NCBI GenBank assembly: GCA_938084645.1
Contig: CALKEP010000033.1
Span: 1-64,000, forward strand
Length of the DNA: 64,000 bases
Source: an uncultured Phycisphaerales bacterium
GTDB taxonomy: Bacteria > Planctomycetota > Phycisphaerae > Phycisphaerales > SM1A02
Direction of reading: 5' to 3'
Part shown: positions 9,813 through 19,905 of the stretch, piece by piece
How the letters are laid out: every line of letters starts with the position of its first letter
How positions within the stretch are numbered: the first letter of the stretch is position 1
Translations under genes and position numbers: made by a program
Notes under the pieces: model-generated
What the model was told of the DNA's origin: nothing
The model's input: only the letters and a program-made list of their open reading frames with translations
Database searches by the model: none

Positions 9813-11516
9813 TCAGGCGGGAAGCGACTCCAGTTCGCTGCCGACGCGTTCCATGAGGGGGCCGACCGTCTCCTCGCCGAGGTCGAACTTCGCTCCGGCG
9901 GCTTCGAAGAGATCGGGAAGCGGACGGGTTCCGCCGAGGGCCAGACCGGCCATGTACCGCTCGATCGCGTCCTTCTCGCCCTTCAGCGAGTTGCACCACA
10001 CCTGCAGGGCCCCGAGCTGGGCGATGCCGTACTCGATGTAGTAGAAGGGGACGCCGAAGAGATGCAGTTGTCGCTGCCACGACGCGGCCCGCGCATCCTC
10101 GAAGCCGGTCCAGTCGACGTCGGCGCCGAATCGATCCGTGAGTTCGATCCACTTCGCGGTCCGCTGGTCGCGGGTGTGTCCGGGGGTGGTGTAGATCCAG
10201 TGCTGGAACGCGTCGATGGTCGCGATCCAGGGCAGGATCGACGCCATGCCTTCGAGGTGTTCGCGTCGCGCCCGATCCGCATCGGTCGCGTCGTAGAACT
10301 CGTCGAGGTAGGGGAAGGTCAGGAGTTCCTGGGCCATCGACGCGACCTCGCAGAACTCCATCGGGGCGGAGCGATAGGCGAGGATCGGCTCGTCGACGCA
10401 CAGCATCGAGTGGAAGGCGTGCCCGGCCTCGTGGACCATCGTCTCGAGATCGCGGTGGAGGCCGGCGGCGTTCATGAAGATGAACGGCTTGCGACTGCGT
10501 TCCCGCTGGTACTGGTAGCCGCCCGGAGCCTTGCCCTTGCGCGACGCGAGGTCGAGGCAGTCACCCTCGCGAAGCTCGTCGAACATGGTGCCGAGTCGCT
10601 CGTCCATCCGGTGGAAGACCTTGCTGGTCTTCTCGACCATCTCGTCGGCGGTGTCGAAGGGACGCAGCGGCGCCCGGCCCTTCACGTCGACCCCGAGGTC
10701 CCAGGGACGGAGCGGGTCGAGCCCGAGTTCGGTCCGGCGTTCGGCGTTCAGGCGCCGCAGCACCGGCACGCAGTGCTTCTCGACCGCATCGTGGAACCGC
10801 ATGCAGTCCGCGGGTTCGTAGTCGTACCGGTGCATGCGTCGGTGCTGGAAGTCGCGGAAGTTGTCGAAGCCGGCGTTCGTGGCGAGCTGGTTCCGCTTCT
10901 CGATCATCTCGTCGTAGATGTCGTCGATCTCGTCGCGGTTCGCGAGGCGTCGTTCTGCGATGCCCTTCCAGGCACCCTCCCGCACCTCCCGATCGGTGAC
11001 CTCGAGGTAGCGGCCCATCTCGGGCATGGTCCGTTCCTCGCCGTCGAATTCGACGGTCATCACGGCGCAGAGCTTCGAGTACTTCTGGTCGAGCAGGCTC
11101 AACTCGGTCTCGATCGGGACGTTCTCCTCGCGGAAGATCTCCACGTCGGTGCGAAGGGATCGAAGCAGCACGTCGTATCGCTCGGAGTCGAGTCCGTCGA
11201 CGTGCGGTGATTCCACGATCTTGCGGTCGAGTTCGAAGCCGACCTTCTTCAGGTGGGGCTCGACCTCCTGCACGAACTTCTCGAACGCCTTCTGAACGGC
11301 CTCGTCGTCGGCGTGGCGGGTGGTCTCGATGTAGAGGTTCGCCATCGCCTCGCTGGCGGCCGCGTCGAGCTCGCTGCGATCGAGGATGAGCCCCTTGAGG
11401 CAGTTCGGGCAGTTGAGCTTTCGATCGACGAGACTCCGGTACAGCGGTTCGAGATTGCTCCACTCGTGGGCGTCGAGGTCGGCGGGAACGAAATCGGAAT
11501 CGGTCGAACAGGACAT
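9813..11516 (-). CDS. M3B family oligoendopeptidase F
   Basis: HEAGH zinc motif, RKGKAPGGY, EVAS, PFYYIEYGIAQLGA. Confidence 0.93.
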   Translation of the reverse strand: MSCSTDSDFVPADLDAHEWSNLEPLYRSLVDRKLNCPNCLKGLILDRSELDAAASEAMANLYIETTRHADDEAVQKAFEKFVQEVEPHLKKVGFELDRKIVESPHVDGLDSERYDVLLRSLRTDVEIFREENVPIETELSLLDQKYSKLCAVMTVEFDGEERTMPEMGRYLEVTDREVREGAWKGIAERRLANRDEIDDIYDEMIEKRNQLATNAGFDNFRDFQHRRMHRYDYEPADCMRFHDAVEKHCVPVLRRLNAERRTELGLDPLRPWDLGVDVKGRAPLRPFDTADEMVEKTSKVFHRMDERLGTMFDELREGDCLDLASRKGKAPGGYQYQRERSRKPFIFMNAAGLHRDLETMVHEAGHAFHSMLCVDEPILAYRSAPMEFCEVASMAQELLTFPYLDEFYDATDADRARREHLEGMASILPWIATIDAFQHWIYTTPGHTRDQRTAKWIELTDRFGADVDWTGFEDARAASWQRQLHLFGVPFYYIEYGIAQLGALQVWCNSLKGEKDAIERYMAGLALGGTRPLPDLFEAAGAKFDLGEETVGPLMERVGSELESLPA

Positions 11517-11634
11517 GGCGGGGGCCTCATACGTGTTGGGCGAGCCGGAGTTCGATCATCGTCGAACGGGTCGCGGGTCGATCGCACCGCACCGGAACCT
11601 CCGGACGGCGGAATCGGGATTGTAGAGGCCGGAC

Positions 11635-12543
11635 TCAGCGTTCGACTTCGTCGAGCACGATCCCGGCCGAATTTCGCACGGGAATCGCGGGAATCCCCGT
11701 CTGCTCGGTGATCGCGGCGGCCAGCAGATCGGCGTGCAGCGACGCATCGCAGATCGCGAAGAGGGTCGAGCCGCTGCCGGAGAGGTGGACGGGGCCTTCG
11801 ACGATCGCTCGCACGCGATCGGCGTCCTCGAGGAGCGCCGGATGGAGATCGAAGGCGGCGTCGGCGAGGTCGTTGAACGGCGAATCCGCGGTCAGGGCGG
11901 AGTCGACGAGACTTCGAACCCGCGTCTCGTCGACTCGGGCCTCGGCCCGGAGTTCGTCGAACCGTCGATACACCGGGCCGGTCGGACAGATGCTCTCGGG
12001 AAGCACGAGCACCGCGTGCAGGTCCTCCGGCGGATCGTGGAGTTCCACCTGCTCGCCCCGGCCCGCGACGATGGCCGCGCCGCCGTGGACCTGGAAGGCG
12101 ACATCGGATCCCAGGGGGCCGCCGACCTCGGCGAGTTCGTCGGTGCTCAGGCCGAGTCCGAAGAGCTGGTTGAGGGCGTGGAGCATCATCGCGGCGTCCG
12201 CGGATCCGCCGCCGAGACCGCCGCCGACCGGAATCCGCTTCTCGATCCGCGCCTGGACCGCGAGAGCGCGACCCACGCGTCGTTCGAGCGCGTCGTGGGC
12301 CAGCACCGCGAGGTCCTTCGAGATCGACCAGTCGATGTCGGTTCGTCGTCGGGCATCCTCGTGCCAGTTGATCGCGTACCGACTCGGATAGCCCACCGGC
12401 AGTCGCAGCAGTTCGAGCTCGTCGAACAGGTCGACGGAGACCATCCAGCTCGCGATCGGATGCATGCCGTCCGCGGTGGGGCCACCCACCGAGAGGGCGA
12501 GATTCAGTTTGGCGGCCCCGCGGGCCCGGAGTCGTTCGCGCAT
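11635..12543 (-). CDS. ispE: 4-diphosphocytidyl-2-C-methyl-D-erythritol kinase
   Basis: AKLNLAL, KRIPVGGGLGGGSADAA (GHMP), GSDV, SGSGST. Confidence 0.93.
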   Translation of the reverse strand: MRERLRARGAAKLNLALSVGGPTADGMHPIASWMVSVDLFDELELLRLPVGYPSRYAINWHEDARRRTDIDWSISKDLAVLAHDALERRVGRALAVQARIEKRIPVGGGLGGGSADAAMMLHALNQLFGLGLSTDELAEVGGPLGSDVAFQVHGGAAIVAGRGEQVELHDPPEDLHAVLVLPESICPTGPVYRRFDELRAEARVDETRVRSLVDSALTADSPFNDLADAAFDLHPALLEDADRVRAIVEGPVHLSGSGSTLFAICDASLHADLLAAAITEQTGIPAIPVRNSAGIVLDEVER

Positions 12544-12717
12544 GTCGTGGTCTTCCTGGAACGCCGGAGCGTACCAGCCATCCCACGTCTCGTCCGTCGC
12601 CGAGGGGATCCGGCGGTCCTCCGGATGCCGGCGTCCGGGATCCTCGGTGCCGGAATGTTCGATCCCATCGCGATCGACCCGGGAATTCACGATGCTCGTG
12701 GCGTACCATCGGAGTCC

Positions 12718-13905
12718 ATGCTCTGGCAGCCACGAATTCCCGACGAATATCACGCGGCGGATACCGCCGACGTGATCGCGCGGATCGAATCGCGTCGAGC
12801 CGAACTCGGTGATCGGGTGCTCATCCTCGGGCATCACTACCAGCAGGACGACGTGATCCGACATGCGGATCTCACGGGCGACAGCCTCAAGCTGAGCCGG
12901 ATGGCGGCGGAGGAGGCGGCGCGTCGCGGAACCGAGTCCATCGTGTTCTGCGGCGTCCACTTCATGGCGGAGACCGCCGACATCCTGACGCCGTCTTCGG
13001 TCTCCGTGATCCTTCCCGATCTGTCCGCCGGATGTTCGATGGCCGACATGGCGGAGTGGGACGACGTCAGCGAGTGCTGGGCCGAACTCGAACGCATCCT
13101 CGGCGGGGAGCGGGTCATCCCGGTGACCTACGTGAACAGTTCGGCCGCGGTGAAGGCCTTCGTCGGCATGCACGGCGGGGCGTGCTGCACCAGTTCGAAC
13201 GCGGGCGCGGTCTTCGACTGGGCCCGCGCGGGCGGCGATGCGCCGGAGGACGGGCCCGCCCGGGTGCTCTTCCTCCCCGACCAGCACCTCGGTCGGAACA
13301 CGGCCCACGCCCGGGGGCTGCGGACCGAGGTCGATGCGGCCGTCGACGGGGATCCGCGACTCCCCGAGACGACGCTCTGGGATCCACGATCGGACGATCC
13401 GGTCGACGAGGAACGCGTCCGGGCCGCGAAGGTGATCCTCTGGGCCGGGCACTGCAGCGTTCATCGTCTCTTCCGAGCCGAGCACGTCGCCGCCGCCCGG
13501 GCGGAACATCCCGACTGCACGGTCATCGTCCACCCCGAGTGCTGCCAGGAGGTCGTCGATCTGGCGGACGTCGCGGGAAGCACCGAGTACATCATCGAGG
13601 CGCTCGAGTCCGCGAAGCCGGGCTCGCGCTGGTTCGTCGGAACCGAGGTGCATCTCGTGCACCGGGTCGCGGCGGCGATGAAGGCCCGCGGGGTCGAGGT
13701 GCGGATGCTCAGCGACTGCCAGTGTCTCTGCACCACGATGTACCGGATCGATCCACCGCACCTGCTCTGGATCCTCGACAATCTCGCCGAGGGGCGGGTC
13801 CTCAATCGAATCGAGGTGCACGAGGAGGCGGCGGCCCATGCGCGGACGGCGCTGGAGCGAATGCTCGCCAACGTGCCCGCCGCTCCGGTGGCCGTGAAGG
13901 GCTGA
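12718..13905 (+). CDS. nadA: Quinolinate synthase
   Basis: GHHYQ, FCGVHFMAE, AGCSMA, YVNS, CSVH, HPEC. Confidence 0.96.
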   Translation: MLWQPRIPDEYHAADTADVIARIESRRAELGDRVLILGHHYQQDDVIRHADLTGDSLKLSRMAAEEAARRGTESIVFCGVHFMAETADILTPSSVSVILPDLSAGCSMADMAEWDDVSECWAELERILGGERVIPVTYVNSSAAVKAFVGMHGGACCTSSNAGAVFDWARAGGDAPEDGPARVLFLPDQHLGRNTAHARGLRTEVDAAVDGDPRLPETTLWDPRSDDPVDEERVRAAKVILWAGHCSVHRLFRAEHVAAARAEHPDCTVIVHPECCQEVVDLADVAGSTEYIIEALESAKPGSRWFVGTEVHLVHRVAAAMKARGVEVRMLSDCQCLCTTMYRIDPPHLLWILDNLAEGRVLNRIEVHEEAAAHARTALERMLANVPAAPVAVKG

Positions 13906-14001
13906 TCCGGTTCGGTGCGGCACCCGGCGTGACCGCCGGAGGGGTACACTCGCGCCGCAGGGGTCGGATCGTTCCGGCCCGGACCACGTCGGAGCGACGC
14001 C

Positions 14002-15342
14002 ATGCGGATCGTCATCTGCGGAGCGGGAGAGGTGGGGAGCCACGCGGCGGAGGTGCTCGTCCGTGCGAACCACGCCGTCACGGTCATCGACCGCGATCCC
14101 GATCTGCTTCGCCGAATCGGCGACACCATCGACGCCCGGACCGTGGCGGGCAACTGTGCTCGCGCCGACGTGCTCGCCGACGCCGGCGCCCCGGATGCCG
14201 ACATGGTGGTCGCGGCGACGAACGTCGACGAGGTCAACCTGCTCACCGCGTCGATCGCCAAGCGATGCGGGGCCCGGAAGGTGGTGGCACGGGTCCACGA
14301 CTTCAACTTCGCGGACCGACGCGGTCACGACTACGGCGAGATGCTCGGGATCGACCACCTGATCTGCCCCGAGTACAGCACCGCGCTGGCGATCGCCCAG
14401 AACCTTCGCAACCCGGCGGCCCTCGCGGTCGAGGCGTTTGCCCGAGGGCAGGTGGAGATGCAGCAGTTCGAGGTCGCGGAAGGGTGCTCGGCCGCGGGTC
14501 GCCCGCTTTCCGGCCTCGGCCTGCCGGCCGGTGCCCGCGTCGCCGCGATCATCCGCGACGGCGTCGTCGACGTCCCGGATTCGTCCTCCACGGTCGCGGC
14601 GGGGGACCTGGTGGTGCTCGTCGCGGATGCGCCGATCTACGACACGGCCCGCAAGATGTTCCGGGAGCATCCGAAGTCGCGTCGATCGATCGTGCTGCAG
14701 GGCGCGACGCCGATGACGAAGTGGGTCTGTCGCGCCCTTCGGGGAAGGGCGTTCTCGATCCGCGTCTTCGAGCAGGACCGCGAACGGGCGGAGCAGCTTG
14801 CGGTGGATCTCGAGTGGGTGACGGTGATCGCGAGCGACGTGAACGACGCCACCGTCTTCGCGGAGGAGCGGATCCAGGACGCGGATCACTTCGTGGCCCT
14901 GCGGGACGACGACGAGGACAACATCATCGCGGGCGTCCTGGCGAAGCTGCGCGGGGTGGATTCGGTGACCGTCATCGTCCAGCGATCGACGTATCTCGAC
15001 TCCGTCTACGCGATCGGACTCGACCGGGCGTACAGCCCGCGCACGGTCGCGGCGAAGCAGATCGAGGAGGCCCTGGACGAACGGCCGGTGCGGACGATCT
15101 CCAAGCTCGCGGACGGGAGCGTCTCGGTCTTCCGGGTCCGGGTCGGCCCGAACTGCGAGATCGCGGGCCAGCGGCTCCGGACCATCAAGCTGACCCCGGA
15201 CTGGTCGATCATCGCGGTGCAGCGTGGGGAGAACACCCGCGTGCCGCATGCGGACGACGAGGTGATGGCGGGGGACGAGGTGCTCGTCCTCGGTCGGACG
15301 AAGCATGCGGAACGGCTCCAGGAGATCTTCGATGCGCGTTGA
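14002..15342 (+). CDS. trkA: Trk potassium uptake regulatory subunit (two RCK domains)
   Basis: N-terminal GAGEVG Rossmann motif, DEVNL, ICPE, tandem TrkA-N/TrkA-C repeats. Confidence 0.92.
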   Translation: MRIVICGAGEVGSHAAEVLVRANHAVTVIDRDPDLLRRIGDTIDARTVAGNCARADVLADAGAPDADMVVAATNVDEVNLLTASIAKRCGARKVVARVHDFNFADRRGHDYGEMLGIDHLICPEYSTALAIAQNLRNPAALAVEAFARGQVEMQQFEVAEGCSAAGRPLSGLGLPAGARVAAIIRDGVVDVPDSSSTVAAGDLVVLVADAPIYDTARKMFREHPKSRRSIVLQGATPMTKWVCRALRGRAFSIRVFEQDRERAEQLAVDLEWVTVIASDVNDATVFAEERIQDADHFVALRDDDEDNIIAGVLAKLRGVDSVTVIVQRSTYLDSVYAIGLDRAYSPRTVAAKQIEEALDERPVRTISKLADGSVSVFRVRVGPNCEIAGQRLRTIKLTPDWSIIAVQRGENTRVPHADDEVMAGDEVLVLGRTKHAERLQEIFDAR

Positions 15343-15372
15343 CACGAGCCGCGATCCCGGGATCGAATCGGG

Positions 15373-16929
15373 ATGAACTTCCCGATGGTGTTCCGACAGC
15401 TCGGTCTGCTGATGCTCCTGCTGGCGGGACTGCTTCTGCTGCACGCGGGGGTGGCGGGCATCTACCTCGCGGGCGGTGACGAGGCCGAGAAGGCGGCGGT
15501 GGGTGCGTTCCTCACCGCGGCGGGAATCGCCGGTCTCCTCGGTATCGGGACGATGTTCGCGTTTCGTGGCACGGTCAAGGAGATCGGTCGCCGGGAGGCG
15601 TGCCTGCTGGTGGTCGCGTCGTGGGTGATCGGGGCCATCGTCTCCGCGATCCCGTTCGCGGGGTGGTCGATGTACTGCTCGCTGCCGCAGGCCGGGATGC
15701 TCGACGGCGTGGTGGATCCGTTCTTCGAGGCGATGAGTGGATTGACCACGTGCGGGGCGACGATCCTCACCGACATCGAGGCGCTCCCGCGGAGCATCCT
15801 CCTCTGGCGTTCGGCGATCCAGTGGATCGGCGGACTCGGGGTGATCGTGATCTTCGTCGCGATCCTGCCGTCGCTCGGCACGGGAGGGAAGAAGATGTAC
15901 CTCACCGAGTCGACGGGGCCCACGCCGGAAGGTCTTCGGCCCCACGCTCGGGAGACGGCCCGGGTCATCTTGCTCGTCTATCTCGGATTCACGCTCCTGG
16001 AGTTCCCGATCCTGCTGTTGTGCGGTCTGTCGGTCTTCGATGCGATCTGCCACACCTTCACGTCGGTGGCCACCGGAGGGTTCTCCACCCGGAACGCCAG
16101 CGTCGCCGCGTTCGACTCCGTCGCGGTGGAGGTGGTGATGATGACCTTCATGACCCTGAGTGGAATCAGTTTCTCGCTCTACTTCCTCGGGTTTCGCGGG
16201 CGTTTCGACCTGATCCGACGCAGTTCGGAGCTTCGACTGTTCCTCGGGCTGCTCGTGCTCGTCTCGATCGCCTGCAGCCTCGCACTCTGGACGCACGGCT
16301 GGCAGGACCCGGACTATCGGATCGCGGTGGTCGGTGGGACGACGGTCGAGCCGACCGTGCTCAACTCGCTGCGCTACGGCGTGTTCACGGTGGTGAGCAT
16401 CCTGACGACCTCGGGATTCGCCACCTCGGTGTACGAGGACTGGCCGGCGATCGCGATCGTCTGCCTCCTTTCGATCTTCCTCGTCGGCGCGATGGCGGGA
16501 TCGACTTCGGGCGGGATCAAGCTGATCCGGGTCTGGATCGCCGGAAAGCTGATGCTGCGGGAGGTCGAGCGGGAATTCCGCCCCGACGTGGTTCGGCCGT
16601 TGAAGGTCGGACGAAACATCATCTCGCCGGACGTCCGCGTCTCGGCGATCGTGCTGGTGCTGTTCACCCTCGTCCTCGCGGCGGCGGGCACCGGGCTCCT
16701 GAAGATCTTCGAGGGCGCCGACGGCATCGACCTCACCACCGCCTCGAGCGCCGCCGCGAGCTGCCTCGCGAACGTGGGCCCGGCCTTCGGAAGGGTGGGC
16801 TCCGACGACCACTACTCATGGCTCACGCCGGCGAGCAAGTCCGTGCTCATCGCCCTGATGCTCCTGGGCAGGCTCGAGTTGTTCGTGGTGATCGCCCTCT
16901 TCACGCGGCGATTCTGGAACCGGGGCTGA
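15373..16929 (+). CDS. trkH: Trk potassium uptake membrane subunit
   Basis: FFEAMSGLTTCGA, QWIGGLG, TGGFS, GSTSGGIK, NVGP, MLLGRLE. Confidence 0.95.
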   Translation: MNFPMVFRQLGLLMLLLAGLLLLHAGVAGIYLAGGDEAEKAAVGAFLTAAGIAGLLGIGTMFAFRGTVKEIGRREACLLVVASWVIGAIVSAIPFAGWSMYCSLPQAGMLDGVVDPFFEAMSGLTTCGATILTDIEALPRSILLWRSAIQWIGGLGVIVIFVAILPSLGTGGKKMYLTESTGPTPEGLRPHARETARVILLVYLGFTLLEFPILLLCGLSVFDAICHTFTSVATGGFSTRNASVAAFDSVAVEVVMMTFMTLSGISFSLYFLGFRGRFDLIRRSSELRLFLGLLVLVSIACSLALWTHGWQDPDYRIAVVGGTTVEPTVLNSLRYGVFTVVSILTTSGFATSVYEDWPAIAIVCLLSIFLVGAMAGSTSGGIKLIRVWIAGKLMLREVEREFRPDVVRPLKVGRNIISPDVRVSAIVLVLFTLVLAAAGTGLLKIFEGADGIDLTTASSAAASCLANVGPAFGRVGSDDHYSWLTPASKSVLIALMLLGRLELFVVIALFTRRFWNRG

Positions 16930-16930
16930 G

Positions 16931-16952
16931 CGGCGGCGGATTCTCGCCGCCG
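16931..16952. terminator. Hairpin between convergent trkH and nuoI
   Basis: CGGCGGCG-GATTCT-CGCCGCCG inverted repeat; no U-tract. Confidence 0.45.
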
Positions 16953-16959
16953 TCCGGCG

Positions 16960-17514
16960 TCACATGGGCTTGTCCTCGATGGTCTGGTCGTAGACCTCGA
17001 GCAGCTTCGTCTTGTCGAAGATCATCTCCTGGCGGGTGAGCCCGGTGATCTCGTACCTCGGCGTCAGTTCGATCGCGTCGACCGGGCAGGCCTCTTCGCA
17101 CATGCCGCAGTAGATGCAACGCAGTTCGTCGATGTCGAACTGCTTGGGATACTTCTCGCGATCGTCCCAGGGGCTCTCCTCGGCGACGATGTGGATGCAG
17201 TTGGCGGGGCAGGCGGTGGCGCACATGAAGCAGGCCACGCAGCGAACGCGATCGTCGTCGTCCTTGTTGAGCCGATGGACCCCGCGGAAGTAGTCGCGGA
17301 ACTGGCCGCCCTCCTCGACCGGTCGCTGGTCGCGCTTCTCTTCGGGGTATTGGACGACCCAGATGGTGTCCTTGTTCTTGCCGTCGCGACCGACGTTCTT
17401 GAACGCGTGGCGCAGCGTGGTGCCGAGCCCACGGAAGATCTCGGGCAGGAACAGTCGTTCCGCGGTCGAGAGCTTCTTCGGGGTCACGTCGACGATGTGG
17501 TCTTCAGAGGTCAT
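16960..17514 (-). CDS. nuoI: NADH-quinone oxidoreductase subunit I (2x[4Fe-4S])
   Basis: QYPEE, RGVHRL, CVACFMCATACP, CIYCGMCEEACP. Confidence 0.92.
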   Translation of the reverse strand: MTSEDHIVDVTPKKLSTAERLFLPEIFRGLGTTLRHAFKNVGRDGKNKDTIWVVQYPEEKRDQRPVEEGGQFRDYFRGVHRLNKDDDDRVRCVACFMCATACPANCIHIVAEESPWDDREKYPKQFDIDELRCIYCGMCEEACPVDAIELTPRYEITGLTRQEMIFDKTKLLEVYDQTIEDKPM

Positions 17515-17605
17515 CGGAGAGGAGTGTACGAACCCGCCCGACGCAGGGCGAGCGGAAGGCACGAATCCGCATGGTGGGGCCGAAGGCTGATAGGCTCCGG
17601 GCCCG

Positions 17606-17899
17606 ATGAATGGAACCTCCGGAAAACGTGGTGGCGACGAGCTCGAGACCCGAATCGGCTGGCGAATGGCGGGCCTGGGGATGGAGACCGCCTCGTTCGT
17701 GCTCGGTGGCGTCGTCATCGGCTGGCTGATTCGCGAGGCCGTCGGGGGTGGCGACTTCTGGATCATCGTCGGGGCCGCGGCGGGGATCGCCAGCGGGATC
17801 TCCCAGTTGATCCGCGGGGGCCTGAAGCTCAACCGGCAGCTCGATCGTGCGGCCGGACGGCGCGACGTCGGCACCGGATCGGGATCGAAGGACGAATGA
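17606..17899 (+). CDS. AtpZ/AtpI family small membrane protein
   Basis: Two TM helices, LGMETA...GVVIGWL pattern, first gene of atp cluster. Confidence 0.7.
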   Translation: MNGTSGKRGGDELETRIGWRMAGLGMETASFVLGGVVIGWLIREAVGGGDFWIIVGAAAGIASGISQLIRGGLKLNRQLDRAAGRRDVGTGSGSKDE

Positions 17900-18387
17900 A
17901 GGTCGACCCGGAGCAGATTTCGACGTCCGGTAATCGTGCTGGCGAGCCGGTCTATTCCCTTCCCTGCAAGGGACTTGCGATCGGTTGGGTGATCTCCCTC
18001 GCCGTCTCCATCGGACTCTGGCCCCTGATCGGTCCGGTCGGCTGGCTCGACGAGGACGGGATCTGTTGGGCGATGCTCGGCGCGGCGATCGGCGGCGGCA
18101 TCGGCGGGCTGGGACTCCTCGTGATCGGACCTTGGAAACCCCGTCGTTCCGGTGACCTTCCGACCCTCTGGCTCGCCGCCACCACGGCGCGCATTCTTGC
18201 GATTCCGGGCGTGGCCTTTGTGCTATATTCCTCGATCCATCCGCCGGAGAAGCCCTACGTTCTGGGCGTGGCCGCCGGTGCCCTCGCGTTGCTCGTGGTC
18301 GAAGTGCCACTCATCGCCCGGGCGATGCTCCGTCAGATCGCCGCCGACGAGTCGTCGGCGACCCGGTCCCGGGCTTCGGATGGGTGA
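17896..18387 (+). CDS. Membrane protein, probable ATP synthase I-like chain
   Basis: Four hydrophobic segments, ATGA coupling with upstream gene, directly before atpB. Confidence 0.55.
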   Translation: MKVDPEQISTSGNRAGEPVYSLPCKGLAIGWVISLAVSIGLWPLIGPVGWLDEDGICWAMLGAAIGGGIGGLGLLVIGPWKPRRSGDLPTLWLAATTARILAIPGVAFVLYSSIHPPEKPYVLGVAAGALALLVVEVPLIARAMLRQIAADESSATRSRASDG

Positions 18388-18453
18388 TCTTCCACGGAGG
18401 TTCGACTCCGTCGTTCGTCGGTTCTTCCTTTCCCCTCGTCGCGTCGGAGCACG

Positions 18454-19419
18454 GTGTTGTCCAAGCTTCTTCTAGCCGCTGATTCCCCTCTTGGTCACGT
18501 CGTGAACCAGCAGGAGACGCTCTGGAGCGAGATCCAGTGGGTCGGTGAGATCGGCAACATCGCCTCGACGCACATGATCATGCTCATCACCGGCGGCATT
18601 CTGCTGCTGGCCGGCATGGTCCTCGCTTCGAAGCGGATTCGAACCGGCGGCGATTCGGAAGGAAACGATCGGTACGTCACCAAGGGCCGGCTCGCCCAGA
18701 TCATCGAGGTGATGTTCCTCTACCTTCGCGACGAGATGATCCAGCCGATCCTCGGCGAGAAGCAGACCCGTCGTTGGACGCCGTTCCTGTTCACGACCTT
18801 CTTCTTCATCCTGACGCTCAACCTGCTCGGGATGATTCCGATGCAGGACCTGCACCACTTCCTGCACCACTTCGTCGGCAAGGACGACTACCTGCCGGCC
18901 TTCGGCGGCACCGCCACCGCGAACATCAACACCACCGCGGTGCTCGCGCTGTGTGCGTTCGTCGCGATCCAGATCCACTCGTTCCGCGAGCTCGGATTCC
19001 TGGGTTGGCTCGATCACCTCACCTGCGGCCTCGCGAAGGGCCCCAAGGGCCTCTGGCTGGTCGTGCCGATCGTGTTCGCCGTTGAATTCGCCGGCGTGTT
19101 CATCAAGCCGGTCGCGCTCGCGATCCGCCTCTTCGCGAACATGATGGGCGGCCACATCCTGCTGGCGACCATCATCATGCTGCCCTCCATGGCCCAGCTC
19201 GGACTCGAGCCGGGTGGCGGAAGCTGGTGGGCGGTGAGCACCGCGACCGGCATCTTCGCGATGGCCCTCACCATTCTCGAACTCTTCGTCGCCTTCCTTC
19301 AGGCCTTCGTCTTCATGTTCCTCACCGCGGTGTTCATCAGCCTGATGAGCCACGAGGAGCACGAAGAGGAGCACCACGACGTCGACGAGGTCGCGGCGGA
19401 GGTCGCCGCGATTCACTGA
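18454..19419 (+). CDS. atpB: F0F1 ATP synthase subunit a
   Basis: NLLGMIP, TATANIN, ALAIRLFANMMGGH, LELFVAFLQAFVF; start approximate. Confidence 0.96.
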   Translation: MLSKLLLAADSPLGHVVNQQETLWSEIQWVGEIGNIASTHMIMLITGGILLLAGMVLASKRIRTGGDSEGNDRYVTKGRLAQIIEVMFLYLRDEMIQPILGEKQTRRWTPFLFTTFFFILTLNLLGMIPMQDLHHFLHHFVGKDDYLPAFGGTATANINTTAVLALCAFVAIQIHSFRELGFLGWLDHLTCGLAKGPKGLWLVVPIVFAVEFAGVFIKPVALAIRLFANMMGGHILLATIIMLPSMAQLGLEPGGGSWWAVSTATGIFAMALTILELFVAFLQAFVFMFLTAVFISLMSHEEHEEEHHDVDEVAAEVAAIH

Positions 19420-19523
19420 TCGATTCACCGACCACCATTCCTCCCGGCGGCGGGATGAATGGATTTCAGATTCAGAGACTCACCAAGGACGCCACGGCGT
19501 CGCACCCGGAGATTCGGATTCCA

Positions 19524-19829
19524 ATGAACAAGCTCATCCCCCTCTTCGTGTTCACCCTTCTCGGTTCCCTCGTCGTGGTCGAGCCGGCGCTCGCCGCCGA
19601 CGGCGACATGCCCAACTGGGGCTCGGGTATCGGCAAGGGCATCGCCGCCGGCCTCGCGGTCATCGGTGCTGGCATCGGCATCGGCCGCATCGGCGCCGGG
19701 GCCTGCGAAGCCACCGCCCGCCAGCCCGAGATGGGCGGCCGCATCTTCGTGAACATGATCCTCACCGCCGCCCTCGTCGAAGGTGTCGCCCTGTTCGGCG
19801 TCGTCGTCGGCTTCCTCATGGTCGGCTGA
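19524..19829 (+). CDS. atpE: F0F1 ATP synthase subunit c with N-terminal signal-like extension
   Basis: GAGIGIG, ARQPE loop, AALVEGVALF (conserved Glu). Confidence 0.95.
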   Translation: MNKLIPLFVFTLLGSLVVVEPALAADGDMPNWGSGIGKGIAAGLAVIGAGIGIGRIGAGACEATARQPEMGGRIFVNMILTAALVEGVALFGVVVGFLMVG

Positions 19830-19844
19830 GATCGCGAACACCGT

Positions 19845-19875
19845 TCCGGCTCCGGCGACCCTCGCCGGAGCCGGA
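19845..19875 (+). other. Perfect 14-bp stem-loop between atpE and atpF
   Basis: TCCGGCTCCGGCGA-CCC-TCGCCGGAGCCGGA. Confidence 0.6.
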
Positions 19876-19905
19876 GCATTCCCCTTCGGACCGACGGAGC
19901 GTCGA

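Noticed and set aside
11635..16812. 1725-aa minus-strand ORF
   Set aside because: Only the last ~302 aa (IspE) are real; the rest is the antisense shadow of nadA/trkA/trkH, which is common in high-GC DNA
18394..18411. ACGGAG-GTTCGA-CTCCGT, T-arm-like hairpin
   Set aside because: The space before atpB is too short and there is no cloverleaf
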